A stretch of 64,000 bases of DNA from a virus (lineage: Duplodnaviria > Caudoviricetes). Made by a program: the position numbers and the translations under genes. Shown here piece by piece: positions 1 through 10,405 of the stretch (positions within the stretch are counted from its first letter, which is position 1; each line of letters begins with the position of its first letter). The stretch lies in IMG/VR virus record IMGVR_UViG_3300025671_008697; one strand, 5' to 3'. The notes under the pieces are model-generated. The model made no database searches, was not told the DNA's origin, and was given only the letters and a program-made list of their open reading frames with translations.

Positions 1-40
1 TATTTATGGCGATATGAATTGTAAATAGTCCAAAAGTAAT

Positions 41-87
41 GTAGTACTTTGGTACTACTTGCACAATAATGATAAATCTGTTATAAT
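41..87 (+). promoter_or_regulatory. sigma70-type promoter (TTGCAC-17-TATAAT) with abutting 18 bp palindrome GTAGTAC-TTTG-GTACTAC
   Basis: Palindrome 41-58, -35 at 59-64, -10 at 82-87, upstream of ORF 112. Confidence 0.75.
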
Positions 88-111
88 ACAGTTTTCCAAG
101 AAGGATCAAAA

Positions 112-1272
112 ATGGCTACAGTAGCAAGCGTTAAAGTAAAAGCAAAAAAACCCCGGGCAGTATCGTTTCACAGTAAACCCACAGACGGACCAGTTTGGGA
201 CACCGAACGGGCACGGGAACTGCCACAGGAAGAATTTGACCATTTGCTACGTAAGAGCATGAATTACTACAATTACCACTATAGTCAAAAAGATTTGAAA
301 AAGTATGTGGTTGAGTGGATGCGTTCAGGCGGTGAGTTCACTAAGGAAGAAGTTAAAAAGTTCGAGCGTAGTAGCGACAGGTTACTGAGTATGACTGCCT
401 GTAGTTTGGTTATGGCACATCGTCAAGGTATGCCATTCCGTGAACGCCATTTAGAGTTTTTGGACACAGAACTGACCCGTGTTTTGGAGGCTGTCACGGA
501 GGACGAGCCTGCGGAGCAAAAGACCGAAGAGGTTGCAGAAGCCTACAAGCCAACTATTCAAGATAGACTACAGGAAAAGACCAGCGAATTAATTGGCGAG
601 ATAGAAGGCTATTACGATGAATTAGTTACTAACGGTAAAACTGAGTTCAAACCCTACGACTTCTTAAGTGGTAATAATGTAGTGCAAAGCCAATTGGGCA
701 AGTACGAAGCACTATTCCAAGCACGCCGTGAAGAACTGGAACTGGCGCAGAAAAAAGCAGATCCGCAATTAGTTGAAGGATACAAGCACTACAAGGCACA
801 GGACTATAAGCGACTGATTGCTTGGATTGACAAACTGTTAGAAGCAGTTGAGCAGTATCGTGGTGTTAAAAAGGCTACCAAAAAAGCCCGTGTTAAGAAA
901 GCACCCAGCAAAGAAAAGCAAATCAGTAAACTCAAATACTGCAAAGAAGATAAGACACTCAAGTTGGTTAGCGTTAATCCTGCAGAAATTATTGGTGCCT
1001 CTGAGTTGTGGGTCTACAATACCAAGACACGCAAACTGGGCAAATACATTTCGGCACCCTACAAACAGTTGGGCGTCAAAGGAACCAGTATTGAAGGCTT
1101 TGACATCGACAAGAGTGTGTGTAAAACACTACGCAAGCCTGAGGAAAAACTTAAAGAGTTTGCCAAAGCAGGCAAGGTGCAGTTACGTAAATTCCTCGAA
1201 GATATTAGAGCAACCGAAACTAAACTTAACGGCAGAATCAGCGCAGATGTGCTGTTACTAAAAGTTGCCTAA
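112..1272 (+). CDS. Conserved phage hypothetical protein (Lys/Glu-rich, helical)
   Basis: 386 aa ORF with RBS (aagga) and upstream sigma70 promoter; no recognisable catalytic motif. Confidence 0.8.
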   Translation: MATVASVKVKAKKPRAVSFHSKPTDGPVWDTERARELPQEEFDHLLRKSMNYYNYHYSQKDLKKYVVEWMRSGGEFTKEEVKKFERSSDRLLSMTACSLVMAHRQGMPFRERHLEFLDTELTRVLEAVTEDEPAEQKTEEVAEAYKPTIQDRLQEKTSELIGEIEGYYDELVTNGKTEFKPYDFLSGNNVVQSQLGKYEALFQARREELELAQKKADPQLVEGYKHYKAQDYKRLIAWIDKLLEAVEQYRGVKKATKKARVKKAPSKEKQISKLKYCKEDKTLKLVSVNPAEIIGASELWVYNTKTRKLGKYISAPYKQLGVKGTSIEGFDIDKSVCKTLRKPEEKLKEFAKAGKVQLRKFLEDIRATETKLNGRISADVLLLKVA

Positions 1273-1278
1273 AATCAC

Positions 1279-1315
1279 AGTCCTGTTGGCTAAATAAGGT
1301 TAACAGGACTTTTTT
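1279..1315 (+). terminator. Rho-independent terminator hairpin whose loop contains a late promoter (TAAATA 1291-1296)
   Basis: AGTCCTGTT/AACAGGACT 9 bp stem followed by T-run. Confidence 0.7.
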
Positions 1316-2497
1316 ATGGCTACAGACAATACAGTAATTGTTCCCGACTTACAAACTGACGGCAGTGTAAGAACGCAAAATCTTGGCATGGCTGGATTTA
1401 TCAGCCAAGAAAGTGCCATTGCCGCTAACGAACAAATACAAACACTCAATCAGCTACGCAACGAAATGATTGACTACATTCGTTTGCGTTTAGGCGATCA
1501 AATCGTTGACGTTGAATTAGATAAAGAACATTATGATTTGGCTATCAAGCAGGCCCTGACCAAGTATCGTCAACGTGCTCAAAATAGCACAGAAGAAAGT
1601 TATGTATTTTTGGATCTAATTCCCAATGTACAAGAATACATCCTACCCAACAACATTATGGAAGTGCGCCAAATCTTTCGTAGAGGAATTGGTAGCACAA
1701 CTGGAACAACCGCTAGCCAGTTCGAACCATTTGCTTCAGGTTATTTAAACACTTACATGCTGGTAGCGGGACGTGTGGGTGGGCTGACTAACTACGAACT
1801 GTTTACTGCTTACCAAGAACTGGCCATGACCATGTTTGGTGGTTACATCAACTTTAACTGGAACCGTGTAACTAAGAAACTAACCCTAGTTCGTAAAATT
1901 CCCTACGATGGTGGTACTGACGTTAAACCAACTGCACTAACAGCCGCAAGCACAGCCACTGGTGCAGTGATTACAATTACACTACCTACCAGCGCAACAA
2001 CGTACCAGACTAACCTTGCAGTAGGAGACAGCGTTTATATTCAAACCTGCCCGGTACAAGGCTATAGCAGTCAATATCGTATTGCCAGCATTAACAATGA
2101 TAAGACCGTAATTACAGTTTTGGCTAATCAAACACTAGGTGATATAAGCGTAACAGGAACTAATTTATCCGCAACCACTTTCTTTATTCCGGAACCATTT
2201 TACGATGGAAACCAATTAGAAAGTGTGCTACTTTGGGTAAACAACTACAAACCAGACAGTATGTTGCTTAGTGACCCGCAGGTTTATCCTTGGTTGCAGG
2301 AGTATGCACTAGCATTTACAAAATCTATTTTGGGACAGGCCCGTGGAAAATTTGCCAGTATTGCAGGACCTCAGGGCGGCACACAACTTAATGGTGCTCA
2401 ACTATTGCAAGAATCACAGGCGGAAATGCTTCAACTTGAAGACGAACTCAAACGTTACATTGATGGCAGTCAACCATTGACATGGATTACAGGTTAA
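1316..2497 (+). CDS. gp13: Neck protein, T4 gp13-like, with a ~110 aa beta-rich insertion
   Basis: Motifs 'IDYIRLRLG..VDVELD..HY..AI..AL..Y', 'W..EY..A..K..LG..RGKF..I.GP.GG..LNG..L..E'; position before the dNMP kinase and sheath. Confidence 0.75.
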   Translation: MATDNTVIVPDLQTDGSVRTQNLGMAGFISQESAIAANEQIQTLNQLRNEMIDYIRLRLGDQIVDVELDKEHYDLAIKQALTKYRQRAQNSTEESYVFLDLIPNVQEYILPNNIMEVRQIFRRGIGSTTGTTASQFEPFASGYLNTYMLVAGRVGGLTNYELFTAYQELAMTMFGGYINFNWNRVTKKLTLVRKIPYDGGTDVKPTALTAASTATGAVITITLPTSATTYQTNLAVGDSVYIQTCPVQGYSSQYRIASINNDKTVITVLANQTLGDISVTGTNLSATTFFIPEPFYDGNQLESVLLWVNNYKPDSMLLSDPQVYPWLQEYALAFTKSILGQARGKFASIAGPQGGTQLNGAQLLQESQAEMLQLEDELKRYIDGSQPLTWITG

Positions 2498-2506
2498 TGT
2501 ATAATA

Positions 2507-2529
2507 AGGACTCTTAGGAGTCCTTTTTC
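2507..2529 (+). terminator. Terminator-like hairpin
   Basis: AAGGACTC-TTAG-GAGTCCTT followed by T-run. Confidence 0.65.
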
Positions 2530-3126
2530 ATGATTATTGGAATTTGTGGTTTAATTGGCGCTGGCAAAGATACTGCCGCAGACTATTTGGTAAATTGGCA
2601 TGAATTTCGTCGTGACAGTTTTGCCGCAACTTTGAAAGATGCTGTTAGTGCAGTATTTGGTTGGGACCGAGAACTTCTAGAAGGACGTACCAAAGCCGCA
2701 AGAGAATGGCGTGAACAGATTGACACTTGGTGGGCCAATCGCTTAGACATGCCAGATTTGACCCCACGCTGGGTCTTACAGTATTGGGGTACAGATGTAT
2801 TCCGCAATCATTTCCACCAAGATATTTGGATTGCTAGTTTGGAAAATAAACTGCGTCAGACCCGAGACAATGTAGTAATTTCAGATTGCAGGTTTCTAAA
2901 CGAAGTTGAAAGCATTCGCAGGATTGGTGGCAGAGTAATTAGAATCGTTCGAGGACAAGATCCAGAGTGGTTTCATTTAGCACGAACTGATCCGCAGAGT
3001 ATGCCTGCCCGATATCCCGGAGTTCATGCCAGCGAATATAGTTGGGCACCCACAGAATTTGACCACATTGTAGAAAACAACAGCACTATCGACGAATTAT
3101 ATCGTGAACTTAAAAATCTGGTGTAA
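2530..3126 (+). CDS. gp1: Deoxynucleoside monophosphate kinase (T4 gp1-like)
   Basis: N-terminal P-loop GLIGAGKDT, 'SFAATLKD', 'PRWVLQYWGT', 'VVISDCRFLNE', 'HASE'. Confidence 0.9.
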   Translation: MIIGICGLIGAGKDTAADYLVNWHEFRRDSFAATLKDAVSAVFGWDRELLEGRTKAAREWREQIDTWWANRLDMPDLTPRWVLQYWGTDVFRNHFHQDIWIASLENKLRQTRDNVVISDCRFLNEVESIRRIGGRVIRIVRGQDPEWFHLARTDPQSMPARYPGVHASEYSWAPTEFDHIVENNSTIDELYRELKNLV

Positions 3127-3457
3127 TAGCACTTTCACGCCAAGCACTACCTGATTGTTGTAGTTCTACCCTACAGTTTAGACATACAGTTTTTAAGTTA
3201 AACTCGTTATTGTTTTTTAAATTTCCATCTAAGTAAAAGACCGACATCTGACGATCAGGATACTTTGCCCTAAACCCGCATTTATCGCATACAGGTTTTT
3301 TTCTAAAGCCTGCCTTATACCAAGCAGGTACTGGTTTTAATTTTTTACCTTTGCGTAAACAAATGTCGCAGAGTTTTCTATACCTTGTTTTACCGTTACT
3401 GTGATAGTTAATTGCTGCTAAATTTAGGTTACAGGTCTGACATAAGGGTCTTTTCAT
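3110..3457 (-). CDS. Zn-finger protein with degenerate HNH domain
   Basis: Four CxxC pairs; 'VFYLDGNLKNN..NL..VC.NC' HNH-like motif lacking the His residues; minus-strand TAAATA at 3463-3468. Confidence 0.7.
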   Translation of the reverse strand: MKRPLCQTCNLNLAAINYHSNGKTRYRKLCDICLRKGKKLKPVPAWYKAGFRKKPVCDKCGFRAKYPDRQMSVFYLDGNLKNNNEFNLKTVCLNCRVELQQSGSAWRESAITPDF

Positions 3458-3557
3458 AAAGTTATTTAACTGTAAAACCTTTCGAAAGGGTAACCAAACT
3501 GGTAATATTTAAGGACTTCCGATAAATATCTGTATAAGTTTTATGAGGAAGTGAAAC

Positions 3558-6500
3558 ATGGCACTAGTTTCCCCAGGCGTACAAGTCAGTGTAATTGACC
3601 AAAGTTATTACGCACCAACACAATTAGGATCTGTTGCTTACATTTTAGTAGCAACAGCACAAGATAAAATTGCTCCGGGCGGCCTTACAATTGCCCCTGG
3701 AACAGATGTCGACAATGTAGGAACTATCTACAATATTACAAGTCAACGAGACCTGGTAACCACATTCGGTACCCCAGTGTTTCAAACAACTTCCACTGGA
3801 AGTGCAATTAACGGAAGTGAACTAAATGAATACGGTCTGCTTGCGGCCTATAGTTTGTTAGGTGTAAGTAACTCGGTTTATATTCAACGTGCAAATGTTG
3901 ACTTGGGCTCTTTAAATGGCACAACAAGCAGACCATTAGCAGAACCAGCAACTGGCGCTTTGTGGTTAGATACAACTACAACGAATTGGGGTATATATGA
4001 ATGGAATTCAGTGAATCAAGCATTTACTGCGGTTACTCCTATTGTTGTTAACAGTAGTACTGACCTAGTAAGTAATTTAGCACCTAATGTTGGTATAGGA
4101 ACAATTGGTAGTTATGCAGTAAACACTGTAGCGAATACTAGTCCAGTTTACTATAAAACATATGATAATACTTGGCAACTAGTTGGTAATGTAAGTTGGG
4201 AAGCTAAAATTCCAACAATTACCGGTACCACAAGTAGTACTGGTAACGTTATCACTGCTAACAGTAATATTACAATTAACACCACAAACGTTACAGTAGC
4301 AATTAATGCTAATTTAACAACAGTAGCGGCAAATATTAATACTGCTGCTATTGCAGGTGTTACTGCTCGTGTAAGCAGTAGTAACCAATTAGTAATTCAG
4401 GTTACAAGATTAAGTGAAAGCGATGGCGCCACTGCAGACGGTAAAATTGCAATCAGCAACGGCAATAACACACCTTTGTCAGATTTAGGTATTACTGCTG
4501 GAACTTACAACGGACCATCAGTACAAATTAGTCCTTATTATAGCGTACCAGAATTTCAAAGTTCTAATTTGGCAGCTGGCACAGGAAGACCAACAAAATC
4601 TGTATGGCATAAAGCAAGTAGAACTGGCGCAGGCCTAACTGCCGCAGTCAAACAATATAATGCAAGCACAGATACGTGGAACACACTTACAGTAAATGAT
4701 TATGCAAACGTGTTTGCTGCAACATTTGCTTTAGATCCAACTGGAGGTGGTAGTAATATATCTGAAGGTGCAGTGTTTGCACAATATGATCCTTTTGGAA
4801 CTACAGAACCTGGCGCTTTGTTATGGTATAGAGATGCAACCAGTCCAATGACTATTACTGGTAACACCACATCACCAAGTGCAGCCAACGTTGGCGCAAG
4901 TTTTACACTAAAAACTCGTGCAAATGCTAGACTTGGCACAACAACAACTTATACAGTAACAATTAGTACTGCCACAGTTGCTGGATTCGTGGATGCAGTA
5001 AGTGCTGCAACTATTCCAAATGTCAGTGCAGCAATCAGCAGCACAGGCGCAATGACTTTAACTCATGATTTGGGTGGAGACATTGAACTAGTTGACGGCG
5101 CAGGCACACCACTAGCCAACGTAGGTATTGCTGATTCAGGTTCGACAAATGTCTACTACCTACATAGTAATGTTGGAGTAGAAACTTCTACTATTATTGG
5201 TTCTAACTGGAAGCCAATTGATAGAAAAAATTACTCAGTAAGTGCAACACAGATCTTTATTGCTCCTGATAACAACACTTATTGGTACTACAACACACCA
5301 AGTCGTGCTGATATCATGATAAGCAACGGCAGTGCTTGGGTAGGCTACAGAACACTGAGCAGTGATATCAGAGGTTATGATTTAACAACTACAAATAGTA
5401 CCGGTCCTATCATTAGTGCTACAGAGCCAACATTACAAGATGATGGTACCGCACTTGTGTACGGTGATTTGTGGATTGACACCAGTGATTTAGAAAACTA
5501 TCCTGCACTTTACAGATGGCAAAGTGTCAGCGGCGTAGATCAATGGGTCGCAATCGACAACCAAGACAACACCGGCACCGATGGCATTATTTTTGCTGAC
5601 GCACGTTGGGACACAGACGGCACAACCAATCCAGTGACAGGCTCTATTCCTACTATTGCTGCACTTGGATTAAGCAGTTATGTTGACTTAGATGCTCCAG
5701 ATGCAGCACTTTATCCACGTGGTATGTTGTTATGGAACACAAGAGCCAGCGGATATAATGTTAAACAGTACAAGACAAACTACTTTACTGCTGCTGCATA
5801 TCCAGGCGAAAGTTTGCCTAGTGTAGCCAATACTTGGGTAACTGCCAGCGGATTTGACAGCACAGGTGTTGTACCAAACTTTGGGCGCAATGCACAACGT
5901 GGAGTTGTTGTTGCTGCACTTAAGAGTGCAATTGACAGCAGCACTGCACTACGTGAAGACAGCAATGCATTCAACTTGATTGCTTGCCCAGGCTATCCAG
6001 AGTTGATTCCCAACATGGTTGCACTGAATGAAGACAAAGAAAACGTTGCTTTTGTAGTAGGCGACACGCCAATGCGCCTAGCAGCAACTGGTACAGCAAT
6101 TCAAGCATGGGCAGATAACACCAACGGTGCAACTGCTACAGGGGAAGATGGATTAAACACAAGTAGTCCGTACGTTGGACTATACTATCCAAGTGCATTG
6201 ACGAACGATTTGGCTGGTAATCAAGTGGTTGTTCCTCCAAGTCACGTAGCACTACGTACCATTGTTAAGAGCGATAACATCAGCTATCCATGGTTAGCAC
6301 CAGCAGGCACACGCCGTGGATTAATTGATAATGCAAGTGCAATTGGTTATGTTGATGCAGACAGCGGACAGTTTGTGAGTATTGGTGTAAGCCAAGGCAT
6401 ACGTGATGTGTTGTATGAAAACAAGATCAACCCATTTACAAACTTGCCAGGAACAGGGTTAGTGGTATATGGTCAGAAGACTATTGCTACAGAACCAAGT

Positions 6501-6860
6501 GCATTGGATAGAATCAATGTTTCTAGATTGGTAAACTACTTACGTAATCAATTAAACATTGTGGCCCGTCCATTTGTGTTTGAACCAAATGATCCAATCA
6601 CACGTAACGGACTGTTAGCAACAGTTAACAGTTTACTAAATGACTTGGTGGCCAAGCGCGGTATTACAGATTACTTAAGCGTATGTGATACAACAAACAA
6701 TACGCCAGAGCGTATTGCAAGAAACGAACTGTATGTAGACGTTGCCATACAGCCAACTAAGGCAGTAGAATTTATCTACATACCAATTAGATTGAAGAAT
6801 CCAGGAGAAATTCAGGATGGCAATCTAGCAGCGGTAGCGAATCCAGGAACAGGAGCATAA
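3558..6860 (+). CDS. gp18: Tail sheath protein (T4 gp18-like), 1100 aa with large insertion domains
   Basis: N-terminus 'MALVSPGVQVSVIDQS', C-terminal 'YPWLAPAGTRRG', 'GQKT', 'LDRINVSRL', 'FVFEPND', 'ELYVDVAIQPTKAVEFIYIP'; TAAATA at 3523. Confidence 0.95.
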   Translation: MALVSPGVQVSVIDQSYYAPTQLGSVAYILVATAQDKIAPGGLTIAPGTDVDNVGTIYNITSQRDLVTTFGTPVFQTTSTGSAINGSELNEYGLLAAYSLLGVSNSVYIQRANVDLGSLNGTTSRPLAEPATGALWLDTTTTNWGIYEWNSVNQAFTAVTPIVVNSSTDLVSNLAPNVGIGTIGSYAVNTVANTSPVYYKTYDNTWQLVGNVSWEAKIPTITGTTSSTGNVITANSNITINTTNVTVAINANLTTVAANINTAAIAGVTARVSSSNQLVIQVTRLSESDGATADGKIAISNGNNTPLSDLGITAGTYNGPSVQISPYYSVPEFQSSNLAAGTGRPTKSVWHKASRTGAGLTAAVKQYNASTDTWNTLTVNDYANVFAATFALDPTGGGSNISEGAVFAQYDPFGTTEPGALLWYRDATSPMTITGNTTSPSAANVGASFTLKTRANARLGTTTTYTVTISTATVAGFVDAVSAATIPNVSAAISSTGAMTLTHDLGGDIELVDGAGTPLANVGIADSGSTNVYYLHSNVGVETSTIIGSNWKPIDRKNYSVSATQIFIAPDNNTYWYYNTPSRADIMISNGSAWVGYRTLSSDIRGYDLTTTNSTGPIISATEPTLQDDGTALVYGDLWIDTSDLENYPALYRWQSVSGVDQWVAIDNQDNTGTDGIIFADARWDTDGTTNPVTGSIPTIAALGLSSYVDLDAPDAALYPRGMLLWNTRASGYNVKQYKTNYFTAAAYPGESLPSVANTWVTASGFDSTGVVPNFGRNAQRGVVVAALKSAIDSSTALREDSNAFNLIACPGYPELIPNMVALNEDKENVAFVVGDTPMRLAATGTAIQAWADNTNGATATGEDGLNTSSPYVGLYYPSALTNDLAGNQVVVPPSHVALRTIVKSDNISYPWLAPAGTRRGLIDNASAIGYVDADSGQFVSIGVSQGIRDVLYENKINPFTNLPGTGLVVYGQKTIATEPSALDRINVSRLVNYLRNQLNIVARPFVFEPNDPITRNGLLATVNSLLNDLVAKRGITDYLSVCDTTNNTPERIARNELYVDVAIQPTKAVEFIYIPIRLKNPGEIQDGNLAAVANPGTGA

Positions 6861-6863
6861 GAC

Positions 6864-7481
6864 ATGGCAGTATCATCCTTAACAAGATTTACAGTACCTT
6901 TAGGCGGAGACCAAAGCGCCTCCACCCAAGGTCTGTTAATGCCAAAACTCAAATTTCGCTTTAGGGTGACATTTGATAATTTTGGTGTAAGTAACCCTAA
7001 AACAGAATTGACCAAACAAGTTATGACGTTTGCTCGACCACAGTTGACGTTTGACCCGGTAGAAATTCCTGTTTACAACAGCCGTGTTTATATTGCAGGC
7101 AGACCAACATGGAGTGTGGTAAGCACAAGCCTACGTGATGACGCTGGCGGTAATGTAACACGTCTTGTTGGCGAACAGTTGCAGAAACAGTTTGACTTCA
7201 TGGAGCAAGCAAGCGCAAGCAGTGGCATTGACTATAAGTTTATTACAAAATTAGAAATGCTAGATGGCGCTAACGGCAACATTGAACCAGTTGTACTAGA
7301 AACATGGGAAATGTATGGTTGCTTCTTAACAGATGTTAACTACAATGAAGCCGATTATGGAAGCAATGATCCAATGACGATCACAATGCAGATTCGTTAT
7401 GACAATGCTATCCAAACAACAACACCAGGAGGCGTAGGCAATGATGTTGTCCGTGGCACTGGTACTGTTGTAACAGGTTAA
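6864..7481 (+). CDS. gp19: Tail tube protein (T4 gp19-like)
   Basis: Directly follows sheath; 'KFRFRVTF', 'W..YGCF...VNY...DY.SND...ITM.IRYDNA'. Confidence 0.9.
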   Translation: MAVSSLTRFTVPLGGDQSASTQGLLMPKLKFRFRVTFDNFGVSNPKTELTKQVMTFARPQLTFDPVEIPVYNSRVYIAGRPTWSVVSTSLRDDAGGNVTRLVGEQLQKQFDFMEQASASSGIDYKFITKLEMLDGANGNIEPVVLETWEMYGCFLTDVNYNEADYGSNDPMTITMQIRYDNAIQTTTPGGVGNDVVRGTGTVVTG

Positions 7482-7500
7482 TTTAAAACTTACCGTGACA

Positions 7501-7526
7501 AAGACCCACTTACGAGTGGGTTTTTT
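7501..7526 (+). terminator. Rho-independent terminator
   Basis: ACCCACT-TACG-AGTGGGT followed by T-run after the tube gene. Confidence 0.75.
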
Positions 7527-7544
7527 GTTGAATAAATATTATAT

Positions 7545-10010
7545 ATGGCTACCTTATATAACAGCGATTTGAAACCTTTGGCATCTGGTGAGTACACACA
7601 CTACTACGATCATGCCACAAAGTTGTTTCTTGCTGACAATTTTAGACTAGCACCAAAACAAAAATTCCTTTACTATGTTTGTATAAACATAGATCAAAAT
7701 GCTGTGCAAGGAATAATTCCTGGGTTTGGCGGCAACGACCCTGCCAGTAGTCAAACTCTAATAGAACAATATGAAACTGGTTTGTTAGCCAAAAGAGTAG
7801 AACTTCCAAGGTTTGATATTAATACAAAAACTTATAATGCTTACAATAGAAAAAATATCGTTCAGACACAGTTACGTTATCAACCGTTAAACATAACTTT
7901 TCATGACGATGCAGCAGATACAGTTACCAGATTTTGGAATGATTTTTATACATATTATTATAGAGATAGTGATTACGATGCTCAGTTATATAATGTACCA
8001 CATAAATATCAGCCAAGGCCCAGAGAAGGATGGGGTTTTAGTCCACGAAATAGTAGTTTAAAACCTTTCTTACGTAACATTCAAATTTTCAGTCTACATA
8101 ATAAACGTTTCACAGAATACCTGCTAATAAATCCAATTATTGCTTCTTGGCGTCACGGTGACCATGACAGTTCTGCCAGCAACGAACTTATGGAAGCAAC
8201 AATGCAAGTAGAGTTTGAAACTGTCAAATATAGAACAGGATATGTAAATCCTGTTGATGTAAATGGTTTTGCTACAATACACTATGACGATACGCCTAGT
8301 CCAATTAGTAACAGTGTTACTAACATTTACAATGATGCAGGGCTCATTGGAGTTCTTACAGAAGGAAGTCAAGATTTAGCACGGCCAGATGGTACAGGCA
8401 GTGGTCAAGGTATATTAGGTAGTGTGCTTGCTGCCTACAGGTTTTATAACAATCTTAAAGATACAAATTTTAATCAACTTGGAAAAATTGTACTAGGTCA
8501 AGTTGGGGCAAGTATACTAGGTGGTGCAGTTAACAGTGCTGCACAGTCGATATTTTTTCCAACATTGTCGGGTACACCAGGATATGGTGCGACTTATGGC
8601 GGAAGTCAGACAGCAATTCCTACTGGATTAGCAGGTGCAACGGCAAGTACGTCTGCTGGGATTCCTCCTTTAAGTAATAGTGCAACAATTAATGGTCAAT
8701 CAGCAAGTATCGTTGGCGGTGCGGCAACCAGCATTGTATCAGGATTAATCAACGATTATACAAGAGGTGTACAAATTGGAGGATCTACCCCGCCAAATTC
8801 ATTAAGTACAGCAGTATATAGAGTTCAACAAACTAGTCCTTCGATTTCTGTAGATGCAAGATCTGGCCAACCGGTAACCAATGAGTACACTGCTTTTATT
8901 ACAAATGCTGAAGGTACAGAAGTTATACAAGAATTTACTACAGTAGGAACACAAAGCGGAGGATATGATAGCACGAACCCAGGATACAATGTAAAGTATG
9001 TCAGGGAAAGCGTGGATCAAAACGGACAAATTATAAGAACATACCAATATCAAGATGAAACTCTTGTAACTTTTAATGCAGCAGGTGACGCTATTCAAGT
9101 CAGTCCTGGTACAGGTGTAAATCCAAACAATACAAACACAAACCCAGAAAGCACAAGGGATTTAGTAAGTGAAGGAGCCACAGTAAGTCCCACCGCAACA
9201 CAATATTACACTGATCCTAATACAGGAATTACAAGGGTAGTAAATGGAGGTGTAAGTGGCCTAGTAAGAAATACACTTAGTGGAGGAGTTGGCACATTGT
9301 CTGGTTTGTATGTTGGTGGGCAATTATACGGCGGCCTTAAAGATGCTTTTGGTAGTGGTTTAATAGGTTCTACGGTAGCAGCAGGAATATCAGGAATAGC
9401 AGCAACAGGAATTGGTGTAGGAGTTAATAATTTAGTACAGGGTGGGTTCGATTATTTCATGGGCACTCCAGGTCAATCCTTTAATCCACAGACAGGCACA
9501 GTTAGTAACATGGTAGGCACACCGATTGTTAGCAAAGGCCAGTACACTCCTCAGTATCCCAGTAACAACATTATCAGTCAAACTGATAACGGAGATGGAA
9601 CTAAAACTGTTTACACTGCGGATGGTGGTTCTAGTGTTGTTAACAAGTCTGATGGAAGTATTGTTAGTTCGATAAAAGGCGCATACAACAACTTTACTAA
9701 TTGGCTTGGTAGCTTTGGATCAAATCAAGATGCTAGTATCTTACTTCCAGATCCGGGAACCGGGGTATGGGTGGATGGTTCAGGAAACCCTGTCCTTGCA
9801 GCATCTGGCGGATCAGTGTATACTGGATCTGGACCTTCTTATGATGCAGGAACATTAGAAGCATGGTCAGCTTATGAAAATCAGTCAAATTATTTAGACG
9901 AATTGGGCCCAAGTTGGTCTACATCAGTAGTAAGTTATGATAGTGGTTACGAACTTGATTATTTTGGTGATACATCAGGATGGTCTGATGCAGATTATTA
10001 TTATGTTTAA
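7545..10010 (+). CDS. Tail-tube-fold baseplate/tube-initiator protein (gp48/gp54-like N-terminus) with long Gly/Ser-rich extension
   Basis: N-terminal ~230 aa resembles the tube fold ('ELPRFDI.T..YNAYNRK..VQT...Y.P..ITFHDD'); TAAATA at 7533; remainder low-complexity with Gly-rich hydrophobic segments. Confidence 0.6.
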   Translation: MATLYNSDLKPLASGEYTHYYDHATKLFLADNFRLAPKQKFLYYVCINIDQNAVQGIIPGFGGNDPASSQTLIEQYETGLLAKRVELPRFDINTKTYNAYNRKNIVQTQLRYQPLNITFHDDAADTVTRFWNDFYTYYYRDSDYDAQLYNVPHKYQPRPREGWGFSPRNSSLKPFLRNIQIFSLHNKRFTEYLLINPIIASWRHGDHDSSASNELMEATMQVEFETVKYRTGYVNPVDVNGFATIHYDDTPSPISNSVTNIYNDAGLIGVLTEGSQDLARPDGTGSGQGILGSVLAAYRFYNNLKDTNFNQLGKIVLGQVGASILGGAVNSAAQSIFFPTLSGTPGYGATYGGSQTAIPTGLAGATASTSAGIPPLSNSATINGQSASIVGGAATSIVSGLINDYTRGVQIGGSTPPNSLSTAVYRVQQTSPSISVDARSGQPVTNEYTAFITNAEGTEVIQEFTTVGTQSGGYDSTNPGYNVKYVRESVDQNGQIIRTYQYQDETLVTFNAAGDAIQVSPGTGVNPNNTNTNPESTRDLVSEGATVSPTATQYYTDPNTGITRVVNGGVSGLVRNTLSGGVGTLSGLYVGGQLYGGLKDAFGSGLIGSTVAAGISGIAATGIGVGVNNLVQGGFDYFMGTPGQSFNPQTGTVSNMVGTPIVSKGQYTPQYPSNNIISQTDNGDGTKTVYTADGGSSVVNKSDGSIVSSIKGAYNNFTNWLGSFGSNQDASILLPDPGTGVWVDGSGNPVLAASGGSVYTGSGPSYDAGTLEAWSAYENQSNYLDELGPSWSTSVVSYDSGYELDYFGDTSGWSDADYYYV

Positions 10011-10021
10011 ATAGAATAGAT

Positions 10022-10405
10022 ATGGCAGATACAACTTATAATCCTCAACAACCTAGTAACTTAGACAGTACTGGAACAAATAAAACTACAAGGTATTTTA
10101 ATAATTACTTTACTCCGACAAACACAGTTAGCAGTAATGTTAATGATGCAATTACCAGTTATTTTGAAGAACAAACAGGAAATCTAGAAAGTGCAAAACT
10201 GCTGGCCCAAGCAGTAATCGACACAGCACATGCACAGCGTGAAGACCCTATGAGTGTGCTAACACAATTTCAACAATTGTCTAACAATGAACTAAGTCCA
10301 TTTTTAGCACTATATTTGAATACTACCAGAGTTCCTACAAGTTTTTTAGGTATTCAAAATACTACACAAACATCGCCCTACATCAGTAGAAACATTCTTC
10401 CATGA
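10022..10405 (+). CDS. Hypothetical virion-module protein
   Basis: 127 aa ORF, tightly packed in the late operon. Confidence 0.7.
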   Translation: MADTTYNPQQPSNLDSTGTNKTTRYFNNYFTPTNTVSSNVNDAITSYFEEQTGNLESAKLLAQAVIDTAHAQREDPMSVLTQFQQLSNNELSPFLALYLNTTRVPTSFLGIQNTTQTSPYISRNILP

